From Bdellovibrionales bacterium (GTDB lineage Bacteria > Bdellovibrionota > Bdellovibrionia > Bdellovibrionales > UBA1609), in assembly GCA_041690295.1 (NCBI GenBank), contig JAWLHR010000017.1, forward strand, positions 1-64,000: a stretch of 64,000 nt of DNA. Direction: 5' to 3'. Every line of letters begins with the position of its first letter. The first letter of the stretch is position 1. The position numbers and the translations under genes are program-made. This document shows positions 27,658 to 38,010 of this stretch, in pieces. The notes under the pieces were generated by a model. That model saw nothing but the letters and a program-made list of their open reading frames with translations, was not told the origin of the DNA and did no database searches.

Positions 27658-28269
27658 ATGAAGCTCATTGTGGGATTGGGCAATCCCGGCCCCAAGTATG
27701 CACTCACCCGTCACAATATCGGGTTCATGTTAGTGGATGTTCTGGCGGGCCATTTTGGCGACTCACCCCGCTTCAAATCGGAATTCAAATCCGAAACCAT
27801 GAAGGTGCGCATCGGCTCCCACCAAGTGTTGCTCTGTAAGCCGCAAACTTACATGAACCTTTCGGGCGAGGCGGTCCAAGCCATAGTGAATATGTATAAG
27901 ATTCCGCTCGAAGATGTTCTGGTGGCTCACGATGAAATTGATTTACCCTTCGGCCAGCTGCGGTTTCAAAGTCGGCGGGGGCCGGGCGGACATAACGGGG
28001 TGAAGAGCATTCATCAAATGCTGGGTTCGGACGCTTACGCCCGCTTGCGCATCGGCGTGGGTCGGCCGCCCGTTTTCGTGGACGATGAGGGACAAAAAGT
28101 CCGTGCCACGCTTCCGGTGAGTGATTACGTTTTGCAGAATTTTACGCAAGAAGAGATGAACGTATTGTCCGAGCGCTTGTTTGGAGAATTGGTCGAAGCG
28201 GTGGAAACCTGGGTGGAAGGCGGCTTGGAGCGCGCCGCCACCGTGTACAACCGCGCCGAACGCAATTGA
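27658..28269 (+). CDS. pth: Peptidyl-tRNA hydrolase
   Basis: LIVGLGNPG..Y..TRHNIGF, KPQTYMNLSG and GGHNGVKSI. Confidence 0.97.
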   Translation: MKLIVGLGNPGPKYALTRHNIGFMLVDVLAGHFGDSPRFKSEFKSETMKVRIGSHQVLLCKPQTYMNLSGEAVQAIVNMYKIPLEDVLVAHDEIDLPFGQLRFQSRRGPGGHNGVKSIHQMLGSDAYARLRIGVGRPPVFVDDEGQKVRATLPVSDYVLQNFTQEEMNVLSERLFGELVEAVETWVEGGLERAATVYNRAERN

Positions 28270-28279
28270 GGAGTTCAAA

Positions 28280-29380
28280 ATGGGATTGAAATGCGGAATC
28301 GTCGGATTACCTAACGTCGGAAAAAGTACTTTGTTCAACGCACTCACGTCGAACAAAGCCGAGGCCGCGAACTATCCGTTTTGCACCATTGATCCGAACG
28401 TCGGCGTTGTGACCGTTCCCGATGATCGCATGGAGAAAATCTCCAAGTACGTGAAGCCGCAAAAACAAGTGCCCACCGTGATCGAGTTCGTGGATATCGC
28501 GGGCCTTGTGGCCGGCGCGTCCCAAGGCGAAGGCTTGGGCAATAAATTTTTGTCCAATATCCGTGAGACCGATGCCATCCTTCATGTGGTGAGATGCTTC
28601 GATGATCCCAATGTCGTTCATGTAAGCGGTAGCGTGGATCCTCTTCGGGATATCGACGTGATTAACACCGAGTTGATGCTGGCCGACTTGGAATCGGTGG
28701 AAAAGCGCTACAAGAAAATCGAAAAAGTCGCGCAATCCACCAAAAACGCGAAAATCAAATCCGAGTTCAGCGCTTGTAAGAAACTTTATGAAGCTTTGCA
28801 GGCCGGCCGCCCCGCCCGCTCTGTGGAATTGACGGAAGACGAGCTTCCCACTTTGAAGGAACTGCATCTTTTGACCAGCAAACCGGTGCTTTACGTCTGC
28901 AATGTTTCTGAAGACGAATTCCTGGCCGGAAAAAGTGTGTTGGCGGATAAAGTGGCTGAGTGCGCGCGTTCCGAAAACAACTTAAGCCTGATGATCTGCA
29001 GTCAAATGGAAGCGGAGATCGCACAGCTTGATCCATCCGAGCGCGGCGAGTTTTTGGTCTCAATGGGCATCAAGGAACCGGGCCTTCACCGTCTGATCCG
29101 CGAAAGTTACAAGCTCTTGGATCTGATCACTTACTTCACTGCCGGTGAAAAAGAAGTCCGCGCCTGGACCATTAAAAAAGGCACCAAAGCTCCTCAAGCC
29201 GCCGGTGTGATCCACAGCGATTTTGAGCGCGGATTCATTCGCGCCGAAACCTACCACTGCGAGGATTTGTTCCAACTGAAATCCGAAGCCGCGGTCAAAG
29301 AAGCGGGCAAGTACCGCTCCGAAGGCAAAGACTACGTCGTGCAAGACGGCGACATTATGCTTTTCCGGTTTAATGTATAG
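28280..29380 (+). CDS. ychF: Redox-regulated ATPase YchF
   Basis: GIVGLPNVGKST, ANYPFCTI, DIAG and GKDYVVQDGDI; ATG 28280 with GAGGAG SD. Confidence 0.97.
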   Translation: MGLKCGIVGLPNVGKSTLFNALTSNKAEAANYPFCTIDPNVGVVTVPDDRMEKISKYVKPQKQVPTVIEFVDIAGLVAGASQGEGLGNKFLSNIRETDAILHVVRCFDDPNVVHVSGSVDPLRDIDVINTELMLADLESVEKRYKKIEKVAQSTKNAKIKSEFSACKKLYEALQAGRPARSVELTEDELPTLKELHLLTSKPVLYVCNVSEDEFLAGKSVLADKVAECARSENNLSLMICSQMEAEIAQLDPSERGEFLVSMGIKEPGLHRLIRESYKLLDLITYFTAGEKEVRAWTIKKGTKAPQAAGVIHSDFERGFIRAETYHCEDLFQLKSEAAVKEAGKYRSEGKDYVVQDGDIMLFRFNV

Positions 29381-29776
29381 AGCCGCTACCGATTGACTGG
29401 CTTACCCTTCCATCTCCCGTTTTTTTGTGACTGCAAGGTGTAACATGCGACCGGGCCTCGCGTGTTCGTGAATGCAATGTCTCCGGCCCAGCCACGAAGC
29501 ACCGCTCAGGATCCAGGCCCTTCGTTTCGGCATGCGGTGTCTCTTGGAACATTCGCTCATACAAGTTGTGAACACGCCTCACGGTCGCAAGTTTTCCAAA
29601 CCTTGTGAGGCAATTTTTGAACACATGAGCCTATTTGATGGAATCGGTGCCTGAAATCACCTCGTCAGACTGTGTGCAAAAGCGATACAGCCAGAGTCCG
29701 TCCCAGACGCCGCCCTACCGGTGGCTTAGTCAGCCGCCGGAGGTGGCCTCTGCGACTTGAAATTACGGACTCCCTT

Positions 29777-30667
29777 TTACCGGCCGCGCATTTGTGGGTC
29801 GAAGGCGTCGCGGAGTCCGTCGCCCAACAGGTTGAAGGCGAGCATTGTGATGAAGATCGCCACACCCGGCGAGATCATTAAGTGCGGATATGAAGTCAAG
29901 CTTCTCCAACCGTCGTTGGCCAACACACCCCAACTGGAATACGGCGGTTGCAAACCAAGCCCAAGGAAGCTCAAGAAGCTTTCGTACAAAATGTTCGAAG
30001 GAATCTGAAACGTCAGAAGAACGATCACCGGGCCAAGAATATTCGGCAAGATATGCTGGCCGACCATTCGTAAGGCCGATGCCCCCATGGCCCGGGCCGA
30101 CTCCACATAGGCCATCTGCTTCACTTGCAAAACCTGGCCGCGGACCACGCGCGCGAGTGAAACCCAGCTGGTGAACGAGAGCGCCAATAACATCCCCGTC
30201 AGCGCCTTAAGCTCGGGATTTCCAATAATATCGAAGGAGTCGAACACCAATTTGACCAAAATTAAAAGCACGATGGAGGGAATGGAATCCAAAATATCCA
30301 CCGAGCGCATCAGCAAGCTGTCCACCCAACCGCCGAACCATCCGGAAATCGCGCCATAGATGGTGCCGATGATCAGCGAAATCACCGCTGTGATCACACC
30401 CACGGCCATTGAAATCCGCGCGCCGTAGATCAAACGTGAGAGCATGTCGCGACCCAAGCTGTCAGTCCCCAGCCAAAACTGGGAGCTCGGCGCCTCAAGA
30501 ACATGATCCAAATATTGTTCATCAAATGCATGAGGAGCGATCCACGGCGCCAGAACACCAATCATAGATATAACGATGATGGCAAACAACGACCCGAGCG
30601 CGGCTCGGTTTTTCTTAAGCCGCTCGAAAGCTTCCCGTTGTAAACTCTTACCTTCCCGTCGACTCAT
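29777..30667 (-). CDS. oppC: Oligopeptide ABC transporter permease
   Basis: LGTDSLGRD, YVESARAMGA and ESFLSFLGLG. Confidence 0.9.
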   Translation of the reverse strand: MSRREGKSLQREAFERLKKNRAALGSLFAIIVISMIGVLAPWIAPHAFDEQYLDHVLEAPSSQFWLGTDSLGRDMLSRLIYGARISMAVGVITAVISLIIGTIYGAISGWFGGWVDSLLMRSVDILDSIPSIVLLILVKLVFDSFDIIGNPELKALTGMLLALSFTSWVSLARVVRGQVLQVKQMAYVESARAMGASALRMVGQHILPNILGPVIVLLTFQIPSNILYESFLSFLGLGLQPPYSSWGVLANDGWRSLTSYPHLMISPGVAIFITMLAFNLLGDGLRDAFDPQMRGR

Positions 30668-31734
30668 GTCATTTTCACCCGCGGATCAACGATGGCGGTT
30701 AACAAATCTGTAATGAGATTCGCAATCACCAGAATGTAAGAGAAGATCAAAGTGGATCCCAAAATCATGGGATAATCCCGGTTGGTTACGCCTAAAATCA
30801 AATGTTTGGCCACTCCAGGCACCGCGAAGATCAGTTCGATCACGAAGGATCCAGTCAAAATCCCCGCCGCCAACGGTCCGGAGAGCGAAAGAACCGGAAT
30901 CAATGAGTTGCGTAGCACATGTTTAAAAAGAATCTTCCTTGCGCTCAATCCCTTGGCCTTCGCGGTCCTGATGTAATCCGAGTGAATCACTTCGAGGACG
31001 CTGGCGCGCATGAGGCGCGCGATCACCGCCGCCGGCCGAATTCCCAAGATCACCGACGGCAAAACGTAATAGGCTGGCCCATCCCAAAGCGCCGGTTCAA
31101 ACCAACCCAGATATTGCACGAAGATCAAAATAAAAATCGGCGCCATCAAGAAGCTCGGCAAAGCCACCCCGCTGATGGCGAAGGTCATGCACGCGAAGTC
31201 CAAAAAGGAATTGGGTTTCCAGCCCGCCAAAATGCCCATGGGAATCCCGATCAGATAGGACACGATCAAGGCGTAAACGCCCAACTGAACGGAAACCGGA
31301 AGACTTTCCATTAAGATCGAACTGACATCCCGGCTGATATATTTATATGACTGCCCCAGATCGCCTTGGACCAAACCGACCATGTAATCCGCATACTGTT
31401 TGAGAAGCGGCTCATCGAGTTTGTATTTCTTGGCAAGGTTCGCCATCACTTCAGGCGCCAGCGCCTTCTCGCTATCAAACGGGCCACCCGGAAGCACCCG
31501 CAACAACGCGAAGGTCAACGTGGCGATGATGAAGACGGTGAAAATCGCCTCCAAAATCCGGCGCAGAACATAAAAGGTTAAACCTTTAGTAAAAACATAG
31601 ACCGCGGCACCGCCCAAAGTGGACAGACCAAAGGCCCACCACAAGACCGTGGGAATCTCATAGTTGAAAAAACTCAGCAGGACCACATTCGCGAACAAGA
31701 TCGCGACGATGGCACCCCAAACCCGGGCGATCAC
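30664..31734 (-). CDS. oppB: Oligopeptide ABC transporter permease with two extra N-terminal TMs
   Basis: PGGPF, GDLGQS, DYIRTAKAKGL and NRDYP. Confidence 0.9.
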   Translation of the reverse strand: MIARVWGAIVAILFANVVLLSFFNYEIPTVLWWAFGLSTLGGAAVYVFTKGLTFYVLRRILEAIFTVFIIATLTFALLRVLPGGPFDSEKALAPEVMANLAKKYKLDEPLLKQYADYMVGLVQGDLGQSYKYISRDVSSILMESLPVSVQLGVYALIVSYLIGIPMGILAGWKPNSFLDFACMTFAISGVALPSFLMAPIFILIFVQYLGWFEPALWDGPAYYVLPSVILGIRPAAVIARLMRASVLEVIHSDYIRTAKAKGLSARKILFKHVLRNSLIPVLSLSGPLAAGILTGSFVIELIFAVPGVAKHLILGVTNRDYPMILGSTLIFSYILVIANLITDLLTAIVDPRVKMT

Positions 31735-33326
31735 TTAAATGTGACCCCTTTAAATTGATAATACTCGATGGAATTCACCGGGAAATTGTCCACCCGATCC
31801 GAAAGCAAAATGTGTGAAACCGACGAATAAATCGGGATCACCGGCACTTCGATTTCAGTGAGAAGCTTTTGCGCCTCGTAATAAATCTTGCGCCGTTTTT
31901 CCTTATCCAATTCGGAAGCACCTTTCGACACTAACTCGTCGTACTTTTGGTTCTTCCATCCGGTGTAGTTGTTTTCCGAATAACTCGTCATCAATTCCAT
32001 GAATGTGGCCGGATCCGGATAATCACCGAGCCAACCCATGCGGTACATGTTGGGTGTATCGTTGCGCAGACGATTCAAGTAAACCTTCCATTCTTCATTC
32101 GCGATCTGAATATCCACGCCGAGGTTCTTTTTGATTTGCGCTTGAACATTCTCGGCGATCCGCTGGTGATTCTCATTCGTGTTGAACGCCAGGGTCACTC
32201 GGGGAAATTTGCTTCGATCCTTATATCCGGCTTCATCGAGAAGTTTCGCCGCCGCTTCGGGATCGAATTTGGTGCCGACATCATTTTCATAACCAAACAT
32301 TCCCGCCGGAACCCAACCCGACAAGGGTGCGTGTCCCGCCGCGAGCAAGTCGGTGATCTGTTTTCGATCGACCGCCATCGCGAAGGCTTTGCGGACCTTC
32401 AAATTGTCAAACGGCGGTTTGCGAATATTCAAACCGTAATAGTACATGGAAATCAAAGGCGTTTGCCGATAGCCGGGATTTTGCCGGTAAAGCGGAAGTT
32501 CCTTGTACGGCAAGCTCTGTTGAAAATCCAAACGGCCGTTCTGCATCAGATTCAAAGCCGTCGAATATTCGTTAATCATATAACCGATGATGTACTTAAT
32601 CTTGGCCTTTTCACCGTAGTAATCATCGTACCGTTCCATCACCAGGGCGCGATCGTGGTCCCAAATCTTTAATTTATACGGTCCCAAGGTGACGATGTTG
32701 GCCGGATCCGTCCACCGATCACCATGTTTCTCGACCACGTCTTTGCGAATGGGAAAGGTCGCGTGATGGGTGAGCATGAGCGGGAAAAAGGCCAGCGGCT
32801 TTTCCAACTCCACTTCAAGATCACCGTCGCCGACGATGCGGATACCGACTTGATTGAAATCTTTGATTTTACCGGCGTTATAATCCCGAGCGTTCTTCAC
32901 CGGAAAAAGAAAGTAGGCGTACTCCGCGCCGGTTTTGGGATTGAGCAGTCGCTCCCAGCCGTCGATCACGTGTTGAGCGGTGAATTCCACTCCATCCGTC
33001 CACTTAACACCTTTACGAATCTTGAACGTCCAGACCTTTCCCTTTTTGGAAGGTTTCCATTCAGTGGCCAGGGCCGGGGCCGGTGAAAGATCACGATCAG
33101 CCAAATTATAGGTGATCAGCCCCTCCATGATGTTCATTTCAACCATGCTGGATGTGGTGTCCGAGGATTTGCTCCAATCCAAACTGGGTGGTTCCGTATT
33201 CAGATTGATCCGCAGGGTTTCTTTGACGTCGAGGCCGTATTCAAGGCTGCCGGATTTCTTTTTGGTGCAGGCGGTAACGGCAAATACCACCGCGAATAAC
33301 ACGCTGATAAAACGAAGCTTCCCCAT
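31731..33326 (-). CDS. oppA: Oligopeptide ABC transporter substrate-binding lipoprotein
   Basis: Lipobox VTAC; EPPSLD, GWLGDYPDP and VIPIY family-5 SBP motifs; ATG 33326 with AGGAG SD. Confidence 0.9.
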   Translation of the reverse strand: MGKLRFISVLFAVVFAVTACTKKKSGSLEYGLDVKETLRINLNTEPPSLDWSKSSDTTSSMVEMNIMEGLITYNLADRDLSPAPALATEWKPSKKGKVWTFKIRKGVKWTDGVEFTAQHVIDGWERLLNPKTGAEYAYFLFPVKNARDYNAGKIKDFNQVGIRIVGDGDLEVELEKPLAFFPLMLTHHATFPIRKDVVEKHGDRWTDPANIVTLGPYKLKIWDHDRALVMERYDDYYGEKAKIKYIIGYMINEYSTALNLMQNGRLDFQQSLPYKELPLYRQNPGYRQTPLISMYYYGLNIRKPPFDNLKVRKAFAMAVDRKQITDLLAAGHAPLSGWVPAGMFGYENDVGTKFDPEAAAKLLDEAGYKDRSKFPRVTLAFNTNENHQRIAENVQAQIKKNLGVDIQIANEEWKVYLNRLRNDTPNMYRMGWLGDYPDPATFMELMTSYSENNYTGWKNQKYDELVSKGASELDKEKRRKIYYEAQKLLTEIEVPVIPIYSSVSHILLSDRVDNFPVNSIEYYQFKGVTFK

Positions 33327-33379
33327 ACCAACTCCTGATGAAAACCAAACACGGTTTTCACCGAGTTGACGCGCTTTAG

Positions 33380-35701
33380 TCAATCCCAGTTTTCACGTGT
33401 GGGAGCACGGGAGGGAATTGCTACGCCGTGGGTCTTCGCCAAGTACGCCACCGGCTGGTGATCCTTCGCGTAAAGGCGGCGGTAGAAGGTATGGTATCGG
33501 ACAACCTTTTTGACGTAATTGCGAGTTTCCAAAAACGGAATGTGCTCGATGAACTCGTCGGTCTCCAGGTGCCCGAAGTTCACAAGCCAACTATCCACCC
33601 GATGGGGCCCCGCATTGTACGCCGCCGCCGACAGGGGAAGGGAACCACCGAATTTTTGATGAAGCCGGGCCAGATATTGCGCACCTAGCCTAATATTGAA
33701 TTCCGGATCGATCAGCGAAGGCATCTCTTCTGAATCGCCCGCCAAACGGACCAAATTGCGTGCGGTGTACGGCATGAGCTGCAAGAGACCTTTGGCCCCG
33801 ACGGGAGAAATCACGTCAGGCTTGTACAAACTCTCGGCACGCATGATGGCCCAGATCCACTCCTGCGGAGTGCCGAATTGAGCCGCATACTTGCTGACAA
33901 ACGGCAGGTAAGCCTGTGGATAGGTGGACGTCCAAATGGCGCGACCGGCTTCCATTCCTTGCACTTCCCGCTCTCGGCCAAAACTGAGTTCCGCGATCCG
34001 CGCCGAGCGATGATAGGAATTGATCTTTTCGTACGCGCTGATGAGCATGCGAAGGTAACTGACGTTACGCGTGCGCTTTTCCACTTCAATCAATTCCCAA
34101 CGGGCAAGCTCATGGAGCCCCAGTGCGATCAAGTTGTTGGCGATATCAATTCGCGCGCGCAGAGCCGGATCTTTAAAGTTGGACGCCACGAGACCCTCGA
34201 CGTCACCGCCCTCTTCGGTCGCCACCGGCATGGGCTCATCGGTCGATGGTTCGACCAAGTCTTCTTCACTCTCACGCGCTTCCGCTTCTTCACTGCTCGT
34301 CGACGCCCCATCGGTCGTGGCCGGCTTGATTGATGCTACTACACGGTCTTTTTTCTGCGTGAGTTTCGGTTTGATCGATTCCAGGCGCGCTTGCGCGGCC
34401 AATCCGTAGTAAGAATAGGCATTTTTATTGATGATGGACTCGAAGGTCGTGCGCGCTTCTTCCAATTGATTCAAGCGAACATGGGACATGGCGGTCCAAT
34501 AAAGCAGACGCTCTTCAAGCACATCCGAATGCTTGCGCTTTTTTAAACTTTTGCGCACATCCTGGAACTTTTGCAGCGAGCCCTTGAAGTCGTTGCGAAG
34601 ATACTGAAGCCAGGCCAAGTGCCACTGGGCATCTTTCGCCAAACCCGATTTGGGATTGGCTTTGATGAATTTTTGGAATTTTCGAACGGCGCCGTCGTAA
34701 TCCTGGAATTGATAGCTCAGGTAAGCCGCTTGATATAGAGCGGCGCGACCCTGCTTGGATCGCGGCGAAAGCGAGTACGCGCGTTCATAGGCTCCCACCG
34801 CTGTCTGGTATTCACCCGATCGGGCGGCCGCCTTTCCCAAGAGCATCAAATATCCCAAATTGCCCTTTTGCTTGGGGTAATGGCGAATGAGGTTATTTAA
34901 AGCATCATCCACGGAACCTTCATTCACCAGAAAGTTGGCGAGAATCATGTCAAGGGAGAGACGGTCGCCTTCGGATTTTCCAATCAGCTGGGCGATTTCC
35001 TGATGGGCTTTTCCCGACTCGCCCGCCCATTGCAAGGAACGGATACGGCTGGAAAAATCCTCGCGCGTCGCCGTGCAGGGGAGTTTCTTGCCTTCGATTT
35101 CGACTTTGCTGAGATCCGCCCCCCAGCCGACGACGAGGAAATTGGCCGGGTGGTTGGCGTAAAGTTGGCGCGCGCGTTTACAAGCCTGGGCGTTTCGCTT
35201 GAGCTTCAAATCAGCGATCATGAGACGATACAAAACTTCCGGCAGGCGGTAAGAGCGGCGCCATTTTTTTTCAAGCGGAGCGAGTCTCTCAATCGCTTCT
35301 TTATACTTTTTTTGCCGTATCGCCGTTTCACCCAAGAGAAACTGCGCCTGCAGTTGAAGCTCGGTGGAGGCCTGCTTGCTTAAGAGCTTGAGAAATTCCG
35401 ACTCGGCTTCCTGAAAATTCCCCAGCTCCAGATGGGCTTGGCCTTGGAACCAATGTTTATAAAGGGACAAGTAGCCGCCCAATTCAGGAACTTTAATGAA
35501 CCACTCCACCGCGGTGTCGTATTTTTTTTGCTGGAAGGCGGCGACGCCCTTTTTAAAATTTTCTTTGGCATCCTCGTCAGCGATCGGCGGTGGCGGAGCC
35601 GGATACAAAACATACTCCGATTGCGCGGACGAAACCAACGACGCTGTGAGCAGAATAAGAATGGAAAAACACTTGTTTAATTGCATGATGCCGGAACTCA
35701 T
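33380..35701 (-). CDS. slt: TPR-containing soluble lytic murein transglycosylase
   Basis: AIMRAES, GAKGLLQLMP, AAYNAG and ETRNYV; N-terminal TPRs. Confidence 0.9.
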   Translation of the reverse strand: MSSGIMQLNKCFSILILLTASLVSSAQSEYVLYPAPPPPIADEDAKENFKKGVAAFQQKKYDTAVEWFIKVPELGGYLSLYKHWFQGQAHLELGNFQEAESEFLKLLSKQASTELQLQAQFLLGETAIRQKKYKEAIERLAPLEKKWRRSYRLPEVLYRLMIADLKLKRNAQACKRARQLYANHPANFLVVGWGADLSKVEIEGKKLPCTATREDFSSRIRSLQWAGESGKAHQEIAQLIGKSEGDRLSLDMILANFLVNEGSVDDALNNLIRHYPKQKGNLGYLMLLGKAAARSGEYQTAVGAYERAYSLSPRSKQGRAALYQAAYLSYQFQDYDGAVRKFQKFIKANPKSGLAKDAQWHLAWLQYLRNDFKGSLQKFQDVRKSLKKRKHSDVLEERLLYWTAMSHVRLNQLEEARTTFESIINKNAYSYYGLAAQARLESIKPKLTQKKDRVVASIKPATTDGASTSSEEAEARESEEDLVEPSTDEPMPVATEEGGDVEGLVASNFKDPALRARIDIANNLIALGLHELARWELIEVEKRTRNVSYLRMLISAYEKINSYHRSARIAELSFGREREVQGMEAGRAIWTSTYPQAYLPFVSKYAAQFGTPQEWIWAIMRAESLYKPDVISPVGAKGLLQLMPYTARNLVRLAGDSEEMPSLIDPEFNIRLGAQYLARLHQKFGGSLPLSAAAYNAGPHRVDSWLVNFGHLETDEFIEHIPFLETRNYVKKVVRYHTFYRRLYAKDHQPVAYLAKTHGVAIPSRAPTRENWD

Positions 35702-35771
35702 ATTGTAATCCGGGACTTGGAATGATTACGAGGCCAGAAAGCTTGGCCGCGACTTTGAATAGGAAGCTGGA

Positions 35772-37262
35772 ATGGCGAAAGCAAAAACTCTTTTTGTCTG
35801 TCAAAACTGTGGCGCCAAGCGGGCCAAATGGGAAGGTCGTTGCACGGATTGCGGACAGTGGAACACTTTGGTCGAGGAGCAATCCGTCAGCGAACGAAAG
35901 GGTTGGGTGAAATCCGGCTCCTCGAGCGGACGTAACGCGCGAATGGACGTTTACAATTTGATCGACTCGCCTAGCCTCGACTCGGGCGAACGCACGACCA
36001 TTGGCATCGGCGAGGTGGATCGCGTTCTAGGCGGAGGCCTAGTGAAAGGCAGTTACATTCTGCTGGGCGGAGATCCGGGAATCGGAAAAAGCACTTTGGT
36101 GATGCAAATCGCCGGACATTTGGGGCGCCGGAAGATGCCGGTGTTGTATGTCAGCGCCGAGGAGAGTGTCCAACAGACGGCCTTGCGCGCGCGCCGCTTG
36201 GGTTTAGGTGGCGAATCCGTCGAACTGGCCAGTGAAAGTTCGATCGACGCGATTATTGAAACGACGCTGGCGCGCCAGCCGGCCCTTTTGATCGTGGATT
36301 CCATTCAAACGGTTTTCACTTCTGATGTGGAATCAGCGCCTGGTTCCGTCTCGCAAGTGCGCGAGTGTGCCGCCCGATTGTTGAGTTTGGCGAAAAATAA
36401 AAATGTCACAGTGGTACTGATCGGCCACGTCACGAAGGATGGGTCGCTCGCGGGACCACGAGTGCTTGAGCACATGGTGGACACGGTTTTGTCGTTTGAA
36501 GGTGATCATCATCAGCAGTTCCGTTTGCTTCGCGCATTGAAGAACCGCTTCGGCGCCACCAATGAACTGGGCGTTTTCCAAATGGCCAACGAAGGTTTGC
36601 AGGAAGTGCCCAATCCTTCGGAATTTTTTCTCGAACAACGCGCGGAGAATCGATTCGGCTCTTCGGTTTTCGCGGCGATGGAAGGTTCTCGGCCCATGTT
36701 GTGCGAGATCCAAGCTTTGAGCCATTCGACACCTTTACCTTCTCCGCGGCGGACCGCGATCGGTATCGATATCAACCGCGTGCACATGCTGGCGGCGGTT
36801 CTTGAAAAGCACACCTCGATTTCACTCACCCATCGCGACGTTTACGCCAACGTGGTGGGCGGTTTGCGTATCACCGAGCCAGCTGCAGATTTGGCGCTGG
36901 TGGCGGCGATTATTTCCTCGGAGTTGCAGGTCCCGCTCCCGGCCGGTTCCTGTTTCTTCGGTGAGATTGGTTTAACCGGTGAAATCCGCGGCGCGCACAT
37001 GGCTTTGGAACGTGTCAAAGAAGCCGCCAAGCTGGGTTTCACCAAGATTTTCCTGCCGGCGAGCAACCAGAAATACCTTTTCGCGGGTGGAGGAAGTGGT
37101 GACGCCGGCGCACGCGGTAGCGGCGTCAAAGCTTTCCCCGGCGTGGAGTTCATCTGGCTACGCGAGGTCTCGGAGCTTGAGACCAAACTTGCCGGCGGCG
37201 TTGGTCGTCGGGGACGTTCTCGTACACGGGCGTCTCGCTACGAATTGGACTTTGACGTTTGA
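35772..37262 (+). CDS. radA: DNA repair protein RadA/Sms
   Basis: C4 zinc finger, GDPGIGKST, KNRFG and a Lon-like C-domain. Confidence 0.97.
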   Translation: MAKAKTLFVCQNCGAKRAKWEGRCTDCGQWNTLVEEQSVSERKGWVKSGSSSGRNARMDVYNLIDSPSLDSGERTTIGIGEVDRVLGGGLVKGSYILLGGDPGIGKSTLVMQIAGHLGRRKMPVLYVSAEESVQQTALRARRLGLGGESVELASESSIDAIIETTLARQPALLIVDSIQTVFTSDVESAPGSVSQVRECAARLLSLAKNKNVTVVLIGHVTKDGSLAGPRVLEHMVDTVLSFEGDHHQQFRLLRALKNRFGATNELGVFQMANEGLQEVPNPSEFFLEQRAENRFGSSVFAAMEGSRPMLCEIQALSHSTPLPSPRRTAIGIDINRVHMLAAVLEKHTSISLTHRDVYANVVGGLRITEPAADLALVAAIISSELQVPLPAGSCFFGEIGLTGEIRGAHMALERVKEAAKLGFTKIFLPASNQKYLFAGGGSGDAGARGSGVKAFPGVEFIWLREVSELETKLAGGVGRRGRSRTRASRYELDFDV

Positions 37263-37460
37263 TGGTTTCGGTCCGGCGCCACTCGTCGGCGGCGATCTGA
37301 ATCGCACTCTCCCGGCTTGCGATGGAAAGATCCTGAAATCGTGCGGTGGACGTGCGCGCCCGTGATTAGTTCGCATGCCTGGGCGCGTTTTGTTCACAAT
37401 CCACTCGCGTTTTTTGCCTCCGCTATCGATTCTTGATGAGCGAACCACGCATTATCCGCA

Positions 37461-37558
37461 CAAAAGGTAGCGGTATGTTCTTTGGATTTCCTCCGCACGT
37501 GAATTACCGAATTGCGACTGCACTCGCCATCAAAAAGTAGCGGTATGTCTTCTTTTTG
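37461..37558 (+). repeat. Two REP-like GTAG units (CAAAAGGTAGCGGTATGTTCTTTG; CAAAAAGTAGCGGTATGTCTTCTTTTTG)
   Basis: Direct repeats at 37461 and 37531 with self-complementary ends; partial third copy CAAAAGTAGCGATATC at 37844. Confidence 0.65.
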
Positions 37559-37713
37559 ACTTCAAGAGAATTCCTTCCACCTTTTACAATACCTGAACCG
37601 CTCCCCACGCGGAAACAAGCTCGGTTTTTTCCTACTCGAGTTAAGCATTGCCTCATATTAGTTGCACAAGCAGGAATCATTACAACACACATAACGAGAA
37701 TCAATAATCGCAT
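37504..37713 (-). CDS. Small putative lipoprotein, possibly truncated by a repeat
   Basis: MRLLILVMCVVMIPAC lipobox-like start; AT-rich; the last codons run through the 37531 repeat. Confidence 0.35.
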   Translation of the reverse strand: MRLLILVMCVVMIPACATNMRQCLTRVGKNRACFRVGSGSGIVKGGRNSLEVKKKTYRYFLMASAVAIR

Positions 37714-37875
37714 ACCAGTTCCTATCAAAGTTCATCTTACATTCGGCGATTCGTGTTTAGTTTTACATAACAGGCAATCGTCCACCTTTACGCGGCAAAA
37801 CGGCGATGCCCGACATACGGAACGTCACATCTTTCGGTGAGCGCAAAAGTAGCGATATCAATGCGTCACGCACGC

Positions 37876-38010
37876 ACGCGCTTAAGAAGAGTTCTCCATA
37901 ACAAAACTCATGACCGAAGAACGCGCTTAAGAAGAACTCTCCATAACAAAACTCATGACCGAAGAACGCGCTTAAGAAGAACTCTATGTTAACAATTTCC
38001 TGACTGAAGA
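37876..38010 (+). repeat. 45-bp tandem repeat x3 (ACGCGCTTAAGAAGAACTCTCCATAACAAAACTCATGACCGAAGA)
   Basis: Units at 37876, 37921 and 37966 (third degenerate); no spacers. Confidence 0.9.

Noticed and set aside
29370..29654. Small ORFs 29370..29624 (-) and 29472..29654 (+)
   Set aside because: No SD, no recognisable motifs, and they overlap each other
31947..32672. Long antisense ORFs (e.g. 31947..32672, 21198..21848, 50152..50808, 54745..55461)
   Set aside because: They are shadow frames opposite well-supported genes, expected from codon bias
37876..38010. Possible CRISPR array
   Set aside because: The units are contiguous with no unique spacers, there are only three copies, and there are no cas genes
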